A stretch of 64,000 nt of DNA from Mobula hypostoma (taxonomy: Eukaryota), in the NCBI RefSeq assembly GCF_963921235.1, contig NC_086097.1, positions 204,540,001-204,604,000 of the forward strand, written 5' to 3'. Position numbers and translations under genes: made by a program. Within the stretch, counting starts at the first letter, position 1; every line of letters begins with the position of its first letter. The notes beneath the pieces are model-generated. The model had not been told where the DNA came from and searched no databases. It saw only the letters and a program-made list of their open reading frames with translations. Positions 34,941 to 48,340 of the stretch are shown here, in pieces.

Positions 34941-37900
34941 TATAAAACCCTCAGGTGTGGCCGGCAGCGTTAGTCTAGGGAAGACAGTCTCTGGACGAGC
35001 CAAACATGTGAAATCTGAGGTGCAAAATCTTTCGTTTGATCTGTTCCCCCATTACAAATCAGTACCACGAAATAACAGAAAGCACACCGTATGCAATTAA
35101 ACAATTCAGCTCTTTAATTCTTAATTTGACTAAAGGGATAGTAAAGAAAAACAAAAAGAAAAGGGCCCATATTAATGAAACAGTCTAATGTGCACGTTGG
35201 AGCTCATGGTTTCCCTTCCCTTGGTCCTCCATTGATTTCCCCCCGGGCTTCGTCGACTCCCGGCCCCACTCAAGTCCACTCCGTCCTGCTGTCTACGACC
35301 TCCCCTGCTGGTGTCTTCTCTCTTCATCTCTTGCCAAACCAAAGACCCAGACCACTCAGTCACAGGCACACAACAAAGAAAAAACACTCCCTTCATTGGA
35401 GGGCATGCATTCCAAAGCCCCCATTTTCTCTAGCCATAACCCAAACACTGCAGCTACAGAAAAAGCATTACATTAGCAGTGAAACCTTTCCCAGGGCATT
35501 ACACTCTCCCCCCATCAAATTTAGTCATGTCTTCATGACATTGAGATAATTTGCCAACCCTTTCTGCAAAGCACAAAGTCCAACCCAGGTGTAAAAGGCA
35601 GTGACACAGCTCCCCAAAACAGCAGAGGCCACACTCTGTTCCCTCAGTGCTACATAGGCCAGTCTATCCGGTGGTCTCCTGATTCTTTGAGACCTTCATA
35701 CCCCCTCATCTACTTCTTCAGATTCCAACACTACTGGGGATACTTCTGGTCTACCTGGCGAGGCCTCCCCCAGTCTATCACTCGTGCCCTCCTGCAACTC
35801 GAACCCCTCTGTCCCTTGACTGAGCCCCGCTTCATCCCTTGCAAGGTCCTGCTGACACCCAGGCTGTCCACAGATAGCCCTCCCAATTTCACCTGACTCA
35901 GCATGAGAAGGGTTGGGAATCTCTCCTTCAATCAGTGGGGAGTTAGCAAACATTAGCATATACCACACCCCCATTTCATCATCCTCCGAATCGGTATCCC
36001 ACACTCAGGGGCGGGGGTCGGTCTAATCTCTCCTGCTGTTGATCTTTCAGTTGCCCTGTGTTTCCTCAGAGTCCTCTTATGAGGTGTAGGCTCCAGGTCG
36101 GGCTCTGGGTCAACTGTACCTCTTGTCCCAGAGGCAGAAGGTGTTTCCAATGGAGAATCTTGACAGGCCCACTCCCATCCTCTGGTTTCACCCGGAAAAC
36201 TGGTACATTTGACATCTGACTCTCCACTACACAGGGTGTAGCCGCCCAGTGGTCAGCCAACTTATGCTTCCCAGGTAGTCCCAGATTCCTTAGGTTCCCG
36301 GCGTGAGTTGGGAGAACCTAACCTTTTGATCATACCTCCTCTTATTTCCCTGATTCTGCTTGGCAGCCTCGACCTCAGCTAATTCATAAGCCTTTTTCAG
36401 CTCCCTTCTCATATCAGACACATACTGCAGATGAGTCTTTGGTGGTAGGTTGTCCTCGTCAGTCCCAAAACAAAGGTCAAATGGGCAACCTCGCCTCGCG
36501 CCCAAACATCAGATAATATGGTGAGTACCCGGTAGCTTAGTTTAGGGTACAATTGTAATAGTGGACTGGATGTCCAATATGTTGACTCTACCAGCTCTTC
36601 TTGCTGATCTCCAAGGCTCTGAGCATGTCTAGCAAGGTTCGATTAAACCTCTTGGGCTTGGGATCACCCTGCAGGTGATAAGGAATAGTCCTCGACTTCT
36701 TGACTTAGAGCATGCTCATAGATGACTCTGCTCTCGAAATCCCATCCCTGATCACTATGTACCCACCTGGGGAGGCTATATTAAATGAAATACCTCTTCC
36801 ATAACACTTTGGTCACCATGGACACCCTCTGGTCCTTGGTAGGGAAAGCTTGCGCATATCTGGTGTAGTGATCCGTGATGACTAAGACATGCACCATGCC
36901 GCTGGCATCTGGCTCTATTGACAGGAAATCCATACACACCAGATCAAGGGGCTCTGCACTCTGCAAGTGGGACAAGGGAGCTGCCCTCGTAGGCAGCGTC
37001 TTCCTCTGTATGCATCAAATGCATGACTTGCAGTATTCTTCGACCTCTGACTTCTTTCGGAGCCAGAAAAACCAATCTCTGAGAAATCCATAGGTCTTTT
37101 CAACCCCCAGATGTGCAGAATCATCATGAAGCAACTTCAACACAATCCTCTGATACTTCTCAGGCAGAACCAGCTGGGATCACTGAGGTCAATCCAGGGG
37201 CGACATAACCTGGTATAGGATCTGGTTCCTCAACTCCAATTTGGGCCATTGTCTCAGTAATGGAGGCACAGCAGTGTGTTTCATCTTCAAGATGAAACAT
37301 CTTCACACAAGATGTGCTTGGGCCTCATCTCCCTTTTCGACCACCGCCCAAATGGTACCGATGCTTGGGTCATCTTGCTGAGCAGCTGCCACTTCCCCAG
37401 GACTCAATTCCAGTAACTGGTTTGTCCTCAGAGCAGTCAGGTTAGAGTAAACTTGTGGAATGGTATCATCGGAAGCTCCCAATTGATCTACCGCTCGATC
37501 CTGCCCTTGTCTTCCGTCTGCCTTCACTGCCATGGCAAACTGGCACATGGCTTTCACCTCCGGGGCAGGAATGCTCTCCCACTCTTCATCACAGTCCAGG
37601 CCTTCACGTGCACGTCAGGACAAAGATTCAGCATCAATGTTCATACTTCCCAGCCAGTACTTCAGGCTGAAATCATAGGCAGACAACACCGCCAACCACC
37701 GACGGCCTGTGGCATCCAATTTCGCCAAGGTCAGGATATAAGTTATGGGATTGTTATCCGTCCTCACCTCAAACATGACACTATAGAGGTAGTCACTCAA
37801 CTTATCCACCACAACCCATTTCAATGGCAGAAATTCCAACTTGTGCGTGGGATAGTTTTTCTTGGAGGGTGACAGACTCCGACTGACAAATGCAACAGGT

Positions 37901-40900
37901 TTCAACCCCATGCCCTGATCCTGATACAGGACACCCATTAAGCCCTCTCGGCTGGCATCCGCATGCAGTACATATGACAATCGCTGGTCTGCAAAAGCCA
38001 GTACTGGAGGCTGGGTCAGCAGCTTCTTCAGCGACTGAAAGGCCTCTTCACATTTTGCATCCCACCTCAGTCCAAAAGGTTCCAAAGGGATAAGGTACTC
38101 TTTACCCTTCTCTCCATTTGTCTTCCTCACTTTCTTTCTCAAGGGAGGGTAACAACACAGAAGTTGATTTAAACGGTGACTCACTTTCGCATGGCCTTCC
38201 ACAAACTTCCAATAGAACCCACAGAACCCAAGGAACCCACAGAACCCAAGGAACGAGTGCAAAGTGCTCATTGTCTGGGGCCTTAGCAATGTGGTCACCA
38301 CCTTGATCTTAGACGGATCTCTAGCTACTCCATCCTGTGGAGACTATGTGCCCAACATAACTGACAGACATCTTGCAGAACTGGCACTTGTCCAGGGAAA
38401 GTTTTAACCCTTCAGCTTTTAGGCGGCCCAGCACTTTCAGTAGCCTCACTTCATGTTTCTCCAAGGTGGACTCAAACACTATGAGATCATCCAGATACAC
38501 CAATACCTCAAGCAAGTTCATATCCCCCACTGTATTCTCCATGACCCGCTGGAAGCTTGCAAGGGCTCCCAATATGCCCTGGGGCATCCTTTCAAATGTA
38601 CACAAATCCTGCTGAATGTCTTCCACCTCCCAGGGGCCAGTCGCAACGACCTCTCTGAACGGGGTGTCCTCAGTCACCCGGATAGTGTGACGAGTACTCT
38701 TGGAATAACCCACATCAAACTCATCAGTGGAAAAGACACTTTCCAGCTTCAACATCTCTCTATCAAGCTCCTCTTCCAACCCACAAGTACTGGGGAGCCC
38801 CCGAAGTTGAATCACTCAATGGTTAACTTTCCCCCCTTTGCACAGGGTTTCTCCCCAGCTTGTCTCACCGGGACCGGGAAAAGATGCGCCGAGGCGTCCC
38901 TCGCTTGAAGGTGACCTCCCTCTTTGCAGTGTTCTGGGCAATCACTGTTCACCTGTACAATCGAGGACTTCTGCAGTTCGGGCCTCACCACTATCTTAGA
39001 AGGTAATCTCGACTCCCCCTCGTGGTCTTCCAGAGCATCTATTAAGAGGACCTCACCCTCAGGCATTCTGGAAAATTTGGGGGTCCCCATCACTCTCGCT
39101 ATTTCCCTGGGCCGTAACGCAATTGCCTTTGACTGGGTAAACCACACAGTCCCTCATCTAAACTCACTATCCAGTCTAATGCAGCCACACATTTCCTCAA
39201 AAGCAGGTCTAAACACTGGGTGAACGGACAATGTTCTCAGAAAGCTCTCTCCAGCTTTCTCCTTGAAAGCCCCCATGAGCCTCCTCACAAGAGGAGTGTT
39301 AGTCCCCATCAGAACTGAAATGCCACTCTTCTCAACGGGGTCCTGACAAACCAGAACTAATGTATCAAGGACCTCAGCCACTCCCACATTGGCCTCCGAA
39401 AACTCCAGCTTCACTGATAATTAACCATTGTATCGATAATCACCAGCACTAATACCCCAGATCTCCAGTGCACTGAATGATGTCAATGGTAAATGCTTCA
39501 GATACCAGTTGTAAAATGAGCGGTACAACAACGTGACCTGTGACCCAGTGTCAAGTATGTCTTTAGCATAAATACCTTCTATCCAAAATGATACACTGGA
39601 GTGTGGTCCCTCTGAGCCTTTAGGAATACGGTCTTACACTTTCGAGGGTTCTTTGGTATATTGTTGGAAATATGTTCCCCCAGTGACACCAGGCCATACT
39701 CTCACTGGGTCTCCTCTAAATTTCCTGACGTCTCTCTCTGCTTAGGTACCTGGGGGATCACTCTTCGAGGGGTTTCCCGTCGTTCACACTACTGCCTGAA
39801 GTGCCCTCTTCACCACAGTTATAACAGAGAATACCGGCCACTCCCCTTCTCGCAGAACCCAGGCCACCTTAGTCTGCGTAGGCTGTCCCCTTAGGGGTCC
39901 GCCTCTCTATCAGTTCTATCACCCCTGGTGGGGGTGTGCACACCTGCTAATAATAACCAGGACATCTCAGTTCTGAACTCTGCCATGACTTCCACTCTCT
40001 GGGTTGGGCTAGCCATGGTCACTTCACCACAAGGGGCTACTACCAAGTTGTACCCTGTTGATAGAGCCCTCCCATGCCTCCGACACGTTCTCCTCCTCCC
40101 GTACTTCTCCAATCAGCTCAACAAACAAGGGCGGGGGGCACACCTTATGGGGCAGTTGGAGACCCCAAGCGATCAGGTCCTGAGACTGGGTGCTCTTTGA
40201 TACTTTGTCCACTCTTAACTGATCCACCTCAGCCGCCTGAATGGCCCCTCTGCGCCGCAAGCAATTTAGCTGCCTCTCTAGCCGAAAGATATAGGCAGAA
40301 AGCTTCTTCCCCTTCTCCTGACACATGTTCTGAAACCTTGTCATGAGCTCCACTGGGCTCCCTCTGGGGCCAAAAGCATTTTCCAGTGCTCCCATGTAAG
40401 CGGCAACAGTGGCAAGGGGATACTGGGACTTTACGGCTCTCACAATGTCAGCAGCCTGCACCCCCAAACTTTCAACCAATCACTGTCATCTTAGTTCATC
40501 AGAGAACCGCCAATCTTCCAACAACTGAGAGGTCTGCTCCGTCCAATCTCATAGCTCCTCTTCCCCCTCAGGGGTGGGCGTTATTCCAGATAATATTCTT
40601 AGCCTCCGATAACCAGGGCCCTCTGCCTGTGCACTGGGCCATCTATTTGCCAGAGAGGCAAAGGCTGACACTAGCTCAAAACTCACTCTTCACTGGGGGA
40701 TGAGGACTAATTAGACGTTCCAAATCCGACCACTCCTCAGAAACGAGAGAACCCTGTTTTTGAAGTCTCAGCCCCCAGCTACAGGAGACTTGACTTGTGA
40801 TTCGGCCCACTCCGCTACACTCTTCTCCTCCCAGAGAGCATGGACAGTCCACAGCCCCCCCTCTCCTGGGGCCCCAATAGTACCAGGCAATTCCACTGCC

Positions 40901-42302
40901 GTTATGTCCTGCTTCCCAACTTCCTTCCTAATTCCCTGTACTCTTTTTTCAGGACCTCTTCCCTTTTCCTACCTATGTCATTGGTATCAACATGCACCAT
41001 GACCTCTGGTTGTTCTCCTTCCCACTGCAGGATATCTTGGACACAATCTGAAACATCCTGGACCCTGGCACCTGGGAGGTAAACTACCGTCCGAGTTTCT
41101 TTCCTGCATCCACGGAATCGCCTGTCTGACCCCCTAACTATAGAGTCCCCATTCACTACTGCCTTCCTCTTCCTTTCCCTACCCTTCTGAGCAACAGGGT
41201 CAGAGACTCTGGGCCAGAGGCATGGCCACTGTTGCTTCCTTCAGGTAGGCTGTCACCCCAAACAGTACTCAAACAGGAGTACTTATTGTCAAGGGGTACA
41301 GCCACAGGGGTACTCTCTAGTACCTGACTCTTCCCCTTCCCCCTCTTGACTGTGACCCACTTGTCTGTCTCCCATGGCCCCAGTGTGACCACCTGCCTGT
41401 AACTCCTCTCTATCACCTCCTCGCTCTCCCTGACCAGGTGAAGGTTATCGAGCTGCATCTCCAGTTCCCTAACTCAGTCCCTTAGGAGCTGCAGCTTGAC
41501 ACACTGGGTGCAGATATGGCCATCCGGGAGGCCGGGAGACTCCAGGACCTCCCACATTTGACACCGAGCACGGAAAACTGGCCTCACACACATACTTCCT
41601 CCTTTCCGCAATTAACACAGGTAAACGTACCTCACCTCGTCCCGTTACCGCCTAAGCCCGTTGAACCAAAGCCCTATCTCTCTGCTTCCTCTCACTCCGT
41701 TGCCTGCTCTGAACGCAGCCCGCTGGATATGGCGGTCTTTTTTTTAAACCTTTCGTGCTCTACCGGCTGACATCACGCGCCTGCAAAGTCCTGCCTCTCT
41801 TTTACCCCGAGTGGTAAAAACTGCCTTCGCTCCGAAAATCAGCTATTCACTCGCAGCCTTCTTGCTCTGAATCTGTTCCCCCGCTACAAGTCAGTGTGAT
41901 CTGTTCCCTGCTACAAGTCAGTACCATGAAATAACAGAAGGTACATGATATGCAATTAAACAATTCAGCTCTTTATTTCTTAATTTGACTAAAGGGTTAG
42001 TAAAGAAATACAAAAAGAAAAGGGCCCATTTTACTGAAAAAATCTCATATGCACGTTAGAGCTCATGGTTTCCATTCCGTTGGTCCTCCATCGATTCCCC
42101 TACCCCCGCCGGGCTTCGTCAACTCCCGACCCCACTCCAAGTCCACTCTGTCCTGCTACCTATGACCTCTCCTTTCTAGTGTCTTCTCTCTTCATCTCTC
42201 ACTGAACAAAAGACCCAGATCATCTCGTTCTCAGGCACACAACAAGAAAAAAAAACACTCCCTTATTGGACTGCGCACATCCTAAAGCCTCCGTTATCTC
42301 TA
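34941..42302 (-). mobile_element. Gypsy LTR retrotransposon with PNMA-like gag, degraded
   Basis: LTRs ~34941-35503 (TGT start after PPT ggggggagag) and truncated ~41870-42302. Gag YRRLRILSG...PEGEE and LENAFG...QEKGKKLSAYIFRLE; protease ILDTGSQV (~39540); RT YLDDLIVF; RNase H DAS/KLEFL/TDNNP; integrase DFLSIE...TDHYTRYAQAFP. Confidence 0.92.
40900..41870 (-). mobile_element. CR1 5' UTR + ORF1 fragment nested in Gypsy
   Basis: QLDNLHLVRESEEVI, GDSIVRGSDRRF and VHVDTND; the 5' UTR block is homologous to the 58631 monomers. Confidence 0.88.
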
Positions 42303-44260
42303 CTAATTTATCTTAATTTAGTACACATACACGCACATTTAGTAGAGAGCAAAAGAGAGCAAAGAAAAGGAAAAAATTGGGAGGTAGTGTACATGATTTC
42401 ATTGTTCATTCAGAAATCTGATTGCGGAGGGGCAGAAGCTGTTCCTAAAACATTAAATCGAGGGCATGTACTGGGTGATGGAGCCCTTAATGATGGATGC
42501 TGCCTTTTTATGACTTCACCTTTTGAAGGTGGCCTGGACGCTGGGGAGACTAGTGCCCATGAAAGAACTGGCTGAGTTTACAACTTTCTGCAGCTTTTTT
42601 CCAACCCTGAGCAGTGGTTCCTCCAAACCAAATGGTGATGCAGCCAGTTAAAATGCTGTCCACAGTACATCTGCAGGAATTTGCAAGGTTGTTTGGAGAT
42701 GTACCAGGCCTCCTCAAACTCCTAATGAAGTATAGCCACTGCCATTCCTTTTTTATAATTGCATTAATACATTGGGCTCTGAGATATTGACACCCAGCAA
42801 CTTGAAACAGCTCACTCTTTTCACTGGTGACCCCTCGATGAGGACTAGTGTGTGTTCTCTGACTTCCTCTTCCTGAAGTCCACAATCAATTCCTTGATCT
42901 CCCTGATGTTGAGTACAAGGTTTTTATTGCGACACCGCTCAAACGGCTGATCAATTTCACCCCTGTACACCTCCTTATCACCATTTTAATTCTGCCAACA
43001 ATAGTGGCATTGTCAAATTTAGAGAAGACATTTGAGTTGTGCCTAGCCACACTATCATAGGTGTTGAGAGAGTAGAGCAGTTCTTTAAGCACACATCCTT
43101 GAGGTGTGCTACTGTTGATTGTCAGCATGCAAGAGATGTTATTTCCAATCTGTAGTGACTATGGTTTCCTGATGAGGAAGATAAGAGTCCAGGTTTTGGA
43201 GCTTGTTAATTGGTACTGAGGGTATGGCACCATGACAATCCAAACTTATGAATATCTCAGGTACCATGCTCTTATAATTAGTATGTATTCATGATTAGCT
43301 GGTTGTCTGCTTCCAGGAGCATGATATTCCATCCATCTTAGTTCCACACACAGATTCCCTAAGTGGGGGAGGGAAGGGGAGTTGTCTCTTGTCGACTGGC
43401 CAGACTTTCACAGTGTGGTGACCAGTCCACAATATGTAATAGCTGGCCATGTCAGAGCATCTGCTTTTTTGGACTTCTGAAGTTCCCACATATGACAATG
43501 ATATTTTGTTATTGACGGTGACTTTGAATTTATTACAGGGAAGGTGAGTAAGCACTATGTCTCATGTAATCATCACATTAAGATGAAATGTCATACAACT
43601 TAATTAAGTAGGACGTCAGCTTCCCAGCAATTCTGTGGCTCCTGTGCACTATCCCACTTTGTCTCTTAAGTATTGACATTGTAACTATAATTAACTTGCC
43701 ATCCTCTGTCTGGAAGACCTGTCTCATATAAAGATTGAATGATATTAATGATTAACAGATATTAATGTGATTGCTCTATGGTAAAATTTATGAAGAGACT
43801 TTGTTTATGTGCATTCTTTTGTCAGATGGGAATGTATTTTTTAATTAATTGGCAATATAGGGCAATAATAGCAATCTATCTTTGATAATTTGAAAATTAT
43901 ATACTGAAGTTACATATTGTGTATCTACTTGAGTTAAGTCTGTAGCTGACATCATTTTAGATAAAGAAGGTTGTGCAAAATTGAACAATTAAATATGATT
44001 GTTTGGACTTTACTGCCCGAACTACCTCATAGTTCCATTTCCAGGGCCTCTGAAGCCCATCCCATCCTTTTCTAGGGTCTCCTCACTACAATCACTGAGA
44101 TAGAGAGCCTCCACATCGGTACATGGTGTCTTGCTAGGTCATAAAACATAAAATCTTATGGGTCCATTAAGCTTGCTTTTGCCCCTCCAGACTCAGGATC
44201 CCACCAAGACAGGGAAACCGTGTTCTTGCAGGTTCACTGAGACTGGGCCTTGGTCTGTTC

Positions 44261-47200
44261 CATAGAAACCATAGAAACCATAGAAACTACAGCACAGAAA
44301 CAGTCCTTTTGGCCCTTCTTGGCTGTGCCGAACCATTTTCTGCCTAGTCCCACTGACCTGCACACGGACCATATCCCTCCATACACCTCCCATCCATGTA
44401 TCTGTCCAATTTATTCTTAAATGTTAAAAAAGAACCCGCATTTACCACCTCGTCTGACAGCTCATTCCATACTCCCACCACTCTCTGAAGAAGCCCCCCC
44501 TAATGTTCCCTTTAAACTTTTCCCCCCTCACCCTTAACCCATGTTCTCTGTTTTTTTTCTCCTCTTGCCTCAGTGGAAAAAGCCTGCTTGCATTCACTCT
44601 ATCTATACCCATCATAATTTTATATACCTCTATCAAATCTCCCCTCATTCTTCTACGCTCCAGGGAATAAAGTCCTAACCTATTCAACCTTTCTCTGTAA
44701 CTGAGTTTCTCAAGTCCCGGCAACATCCTTGTAAACCTTCTCTGCACTCTTTCAACCTTATTTATATCCTTCCTGTAATTTGGTGACCAAAACTGAACAC
44801 AATACTCCAGATTCGGCCTCACCAATGCCTTATACAACCTCATCATAACATTCCAGCTCTTATACTCAATACTTTGATTAATAAAGGCCAATGTACCAAA
44901 AGCTCTCTTTACGACCCTATCTACCTGTGATGCCACTTTTAGGGAATTTTGTATCTGTATTCCCAGATCCCTCTGTTCCACTGCACTCCTCAGTGCCTTA
45001 CCATTAACCCTGTATGTTCTACGTTGGTTTGTCCTTCCAACGTGCAATACCTCACACTTGTCAGTATTAAACTCCATCTGCCATTTTTCAGCCCATTTTT
45101 CCAGCTGGTCCAAGTCCCTCTGCAGGCTCTGAAAACCTTCCTCACTGTCTACTACACCTCCAATCTTTGTATCATCAGCAAACTTGCTGATCCAATTTAC
45201 CACATTATCATCCAGATCATTGATATAGATGACAAATAACAATGGACCCAGCACTGATCCCTGTGGCACACCACTAGTCACAGGCCTCCACTCAGAGAAG
45301 CAATTCTCTACCACCACTCTCTGGCTTCTTCCATCAAGCCAATGTCTAATCCAATTTACCACCTCTCCATGTATACCTAGCCACTGAATTTTCCTAACTA
45401 ACCTCCCATGCGAGACCTTGTCAAAGGCCTTACTGAAGTCCATGTAGACAATATCCACTGCCTTCCCTTCATCCACTTTCCTGGTAACCTCCTCGAAAAA
45501 CTTCAAACATGACCTACCACGTATAAAGCCATGTTGACTCTCCCTAATAAGTCCCTGTCTATCCAAATGCTTGTAGATGCTGTCTCTTAGTACTCCCTCC
45601 AATAACTTACCTACTACCGACGTTAAACTTACTGGCCTATAATTTCCCGGATTACTTTTCGACCCTTTTTTAAACAACGGAACAACATGAGCCACTCTCC
45701 AATCCTCCGGCACCTCACCTGAACACAGCGACATTTTAAATATTTCAGCCAGGGCCCCTGCAATTTCAACACTAGTCTCCTTCAAGGTCCGAGGGAACAC
45801 CCTGTCAGGTCCCGGGGATTTATCCACTTTAATTTTCCTCAAGACAGCAAGGACCTCCTCCTTTTCGATCTGTACAGTTTCCATGATCTCACTACTTGTT
45901 TTCCTTAATTCCATAGACTTCATGCAAGTTGCCTTAGTAAATACAGACGCAAAAAACCTATTTAAGATCTCCCCCATTTCCTTTGGTTCCGCACATAGCC
46001 GACCACTCTGATCTTCAAGAGGACCAATTTTATCCCTTACAATCCTTTTGCTCTTATTATACCTGTAAAAGCTCTTTGGATTATCCTTCACTTTGACTGC
46101 CAAGGCAACCTCTTGTCTTCTTTTAACCCTCCTGATTTCTTTCTTAAGTATTTTCTTGCACTTCTTATACTCCTCAAGCACCTGATTTACTCCCTGTTTC
46201 CTATACATTTCATACAACTCCCTCTTCTTCTTTATCAGAGTTGCAATATCCCTTGAGAACCTTATTCCTATTCAATTTGCCTTTAATCCTGACAGGAACA
46301 TACAAACGCTGCACTCTCAAAATTTCCCCTTTGAAGGCTTCCCACCTACCAATCACATCTTTGCCAGAGAACAATCTGTCCCAATCCACGCTTTTTAGAT
46401 CCTTTCTCATTTCTTCAAATTTGGCCTTCTTCCAGTTCAGAACCTCAACCCTAGGACCAGGTCTATCCTTGTCCATGATCAAATTGAAACTAATGGTGTT
46501 ATGATCACTGGAACCAAAGTGCTCCCCTACACAGACTTCTGTCACTGGCCCTAATTCGTTTCCTAACAGGAGATCCAAAATTGCATCCCCTCTAGTTGGT
46601 CCCTCTATATATTGATTTAGAAAATTTTCCTGAACACATTTTACAAGCTCTAAACCATCTAGACCCCTAACAGTATGGGAGTCCCAATCAATGTATGGAA
46701 AATTAAAATCCCGTACCACCACACCTTTATGTTTCCTGCAGTTGCCTGCTATCTCTCTGCAGATTTGCTCTTTCAAGTCTCGTTGACTATCGGGTGGTCT
46801 GTAATACAATCCCACTAATGTGGCCATACCTTTCCTGTTTCTCAGCTCCACCCATAAGGACTCAGTAGACAAGCCCTCTAATCTGTCCTGCCTGAGCACT
46901 GCTGTAATATTTTCCCTAACAAGCAATGCTACTCCCCCACCTTTCATTCCTCTGCCTCGATCACATCTGAAACATCGGAACCCTGGAATATTAAGCTGCC
47001 AGTCCTGCCCCTCCTGTAGCCAAGTTTCACTAATTGCTATAACATCATAATTCCACGTGTCAATCCACGCCCTCAACTCATCCGCCTTCCCCGCAATACT
47101 CCTAGCATTGAAATATATACACCTCAGAAGATTTTTACCACCACTCACAACCTTTCTATCAGCGGATTTGCTTAAACTTTCAACATCATTTATTTTCACC

Positions 47201-47790
47201 CCAGCCACACTGTCAGCTCTGGCACTCTGGTTCCCATCCCCCTGCAAATCTAGTTTAAAGCCTCCCCAATAGCACTAACAAACCTCCCTGAAAGGATATT
47301 GGTCCCCCTGTAGTTCAAGTGTAACCCGTCTCTCTTGTACAGGTCCCACCTGCCCCAGAAGAGGTCCCAACGATCCTGAAATCTGAAACCCTGCCCCCTA
47401 CACCAGTTCCTCAGCCACTTGTTCCTCCTCCAGAGCATCCTATTCCTACCCTCACTGGCACCTAGCACAGGTAGCAATCCTGAGATTACCACCCTTGAAG
47501 TCCTGCTTTTCAACTTCCTACCAAGCTCTCTATATTCACTGTCCAGGACCTCTTCACTCTTCCTTGCTATGTCATTGGTACCGATGTGCACCACGACATC
47601 TGGCTGGTCACCCTCCCACTTCAGAATGTCATGCAATCGATCAGAGACATCCTTGACCCTGGCACCTGGGAGGCAACAAACCATCCTGGATTCTCTGTCA
47701 CGACCACAGAACCTCCTATCTGCACCTCTAACTATCAAGTCCACTATCACTACCGCTCTCCTCTTTTTCCCCCCTCCCTTCTGCACTCCC
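44261..47790 (-). mobile_element. Young CR1 LINE (3' half of ORF1, near-complete ORF2)
   Basis: (ttctatggt)n tail at 44261-44287; ORF1 SGNH motifs HIGTND and DGLH (47250-47786); APE 46210-47247; RT 44442-46217; ORF2 broken by small deletions. Confidence 0.95.
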
Positions 47791-48340
47791 TTCTTCCTTG
47801 AGGCTCAGCGCATCTGATCATGTTGGCACTGCCTGGATCACTGGAAGAAGAGGCTACCTGTAGATGGAAGGTCTGGGTGTTCCACGGAGACTTTGTCATC
47901 ATAGCAGAGTAACACATTATTGAGCAGAAAGTTGCCAAGTGAGTGCCCTCATTTGTTTACATATCTCCTGTGTTTGCCCTCCTTATTCTCTGATCAGCCT
48001 TTGACTTGCTGGTTTAGACATGCATGTTAAATTTGGGTACTCCAGTGATAAAGGGTAATCTACTGGAGCCAAAACATTATTTATAAACAAGCCTGTAGCC
48101 ACAGTGAACTCGCAGCTAAGCTCCTCTCATATCCCAAACCCTCTCGTATGCAATTAAATACAAGAAACTCCACAATTAATGCACACCACCTAAATTGCTT
48201 GACTTGATATACATACTATGAATAGAACTAGCAGATATTTTGACTTCCACCATCAATAAACAAGTCTTATATAATAAACAATTGTAATTTTTTCTGCATT
48301 GCTGTTTAGGATGACCTATTATTTTTAATCAATATATAGG

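Larger units (their letters stand above)
34836..43230 (-). mobile_element. Rex1/Babar LINE fragment split by the Gypsy insertion (pieces ~34836-34940 and ~42340-43230)
   Basis: Tail gaatcaggttta.tatcactggcat at 34840; ORFs 42550-43128 have LYFIRSLRR...SILTGCITIW and STPQGCVL. Confidence 0.75.

Noticed and set aside
40024..40479. Domesticated PNMA gene
   Set aside because: It is embedded between LTRs with pol and is disrupted by stops and frameshifts
44010..44260. Possible DIRS/other TE fragment flanking the CR1
   Set aside because: No diagnostic motif could be read
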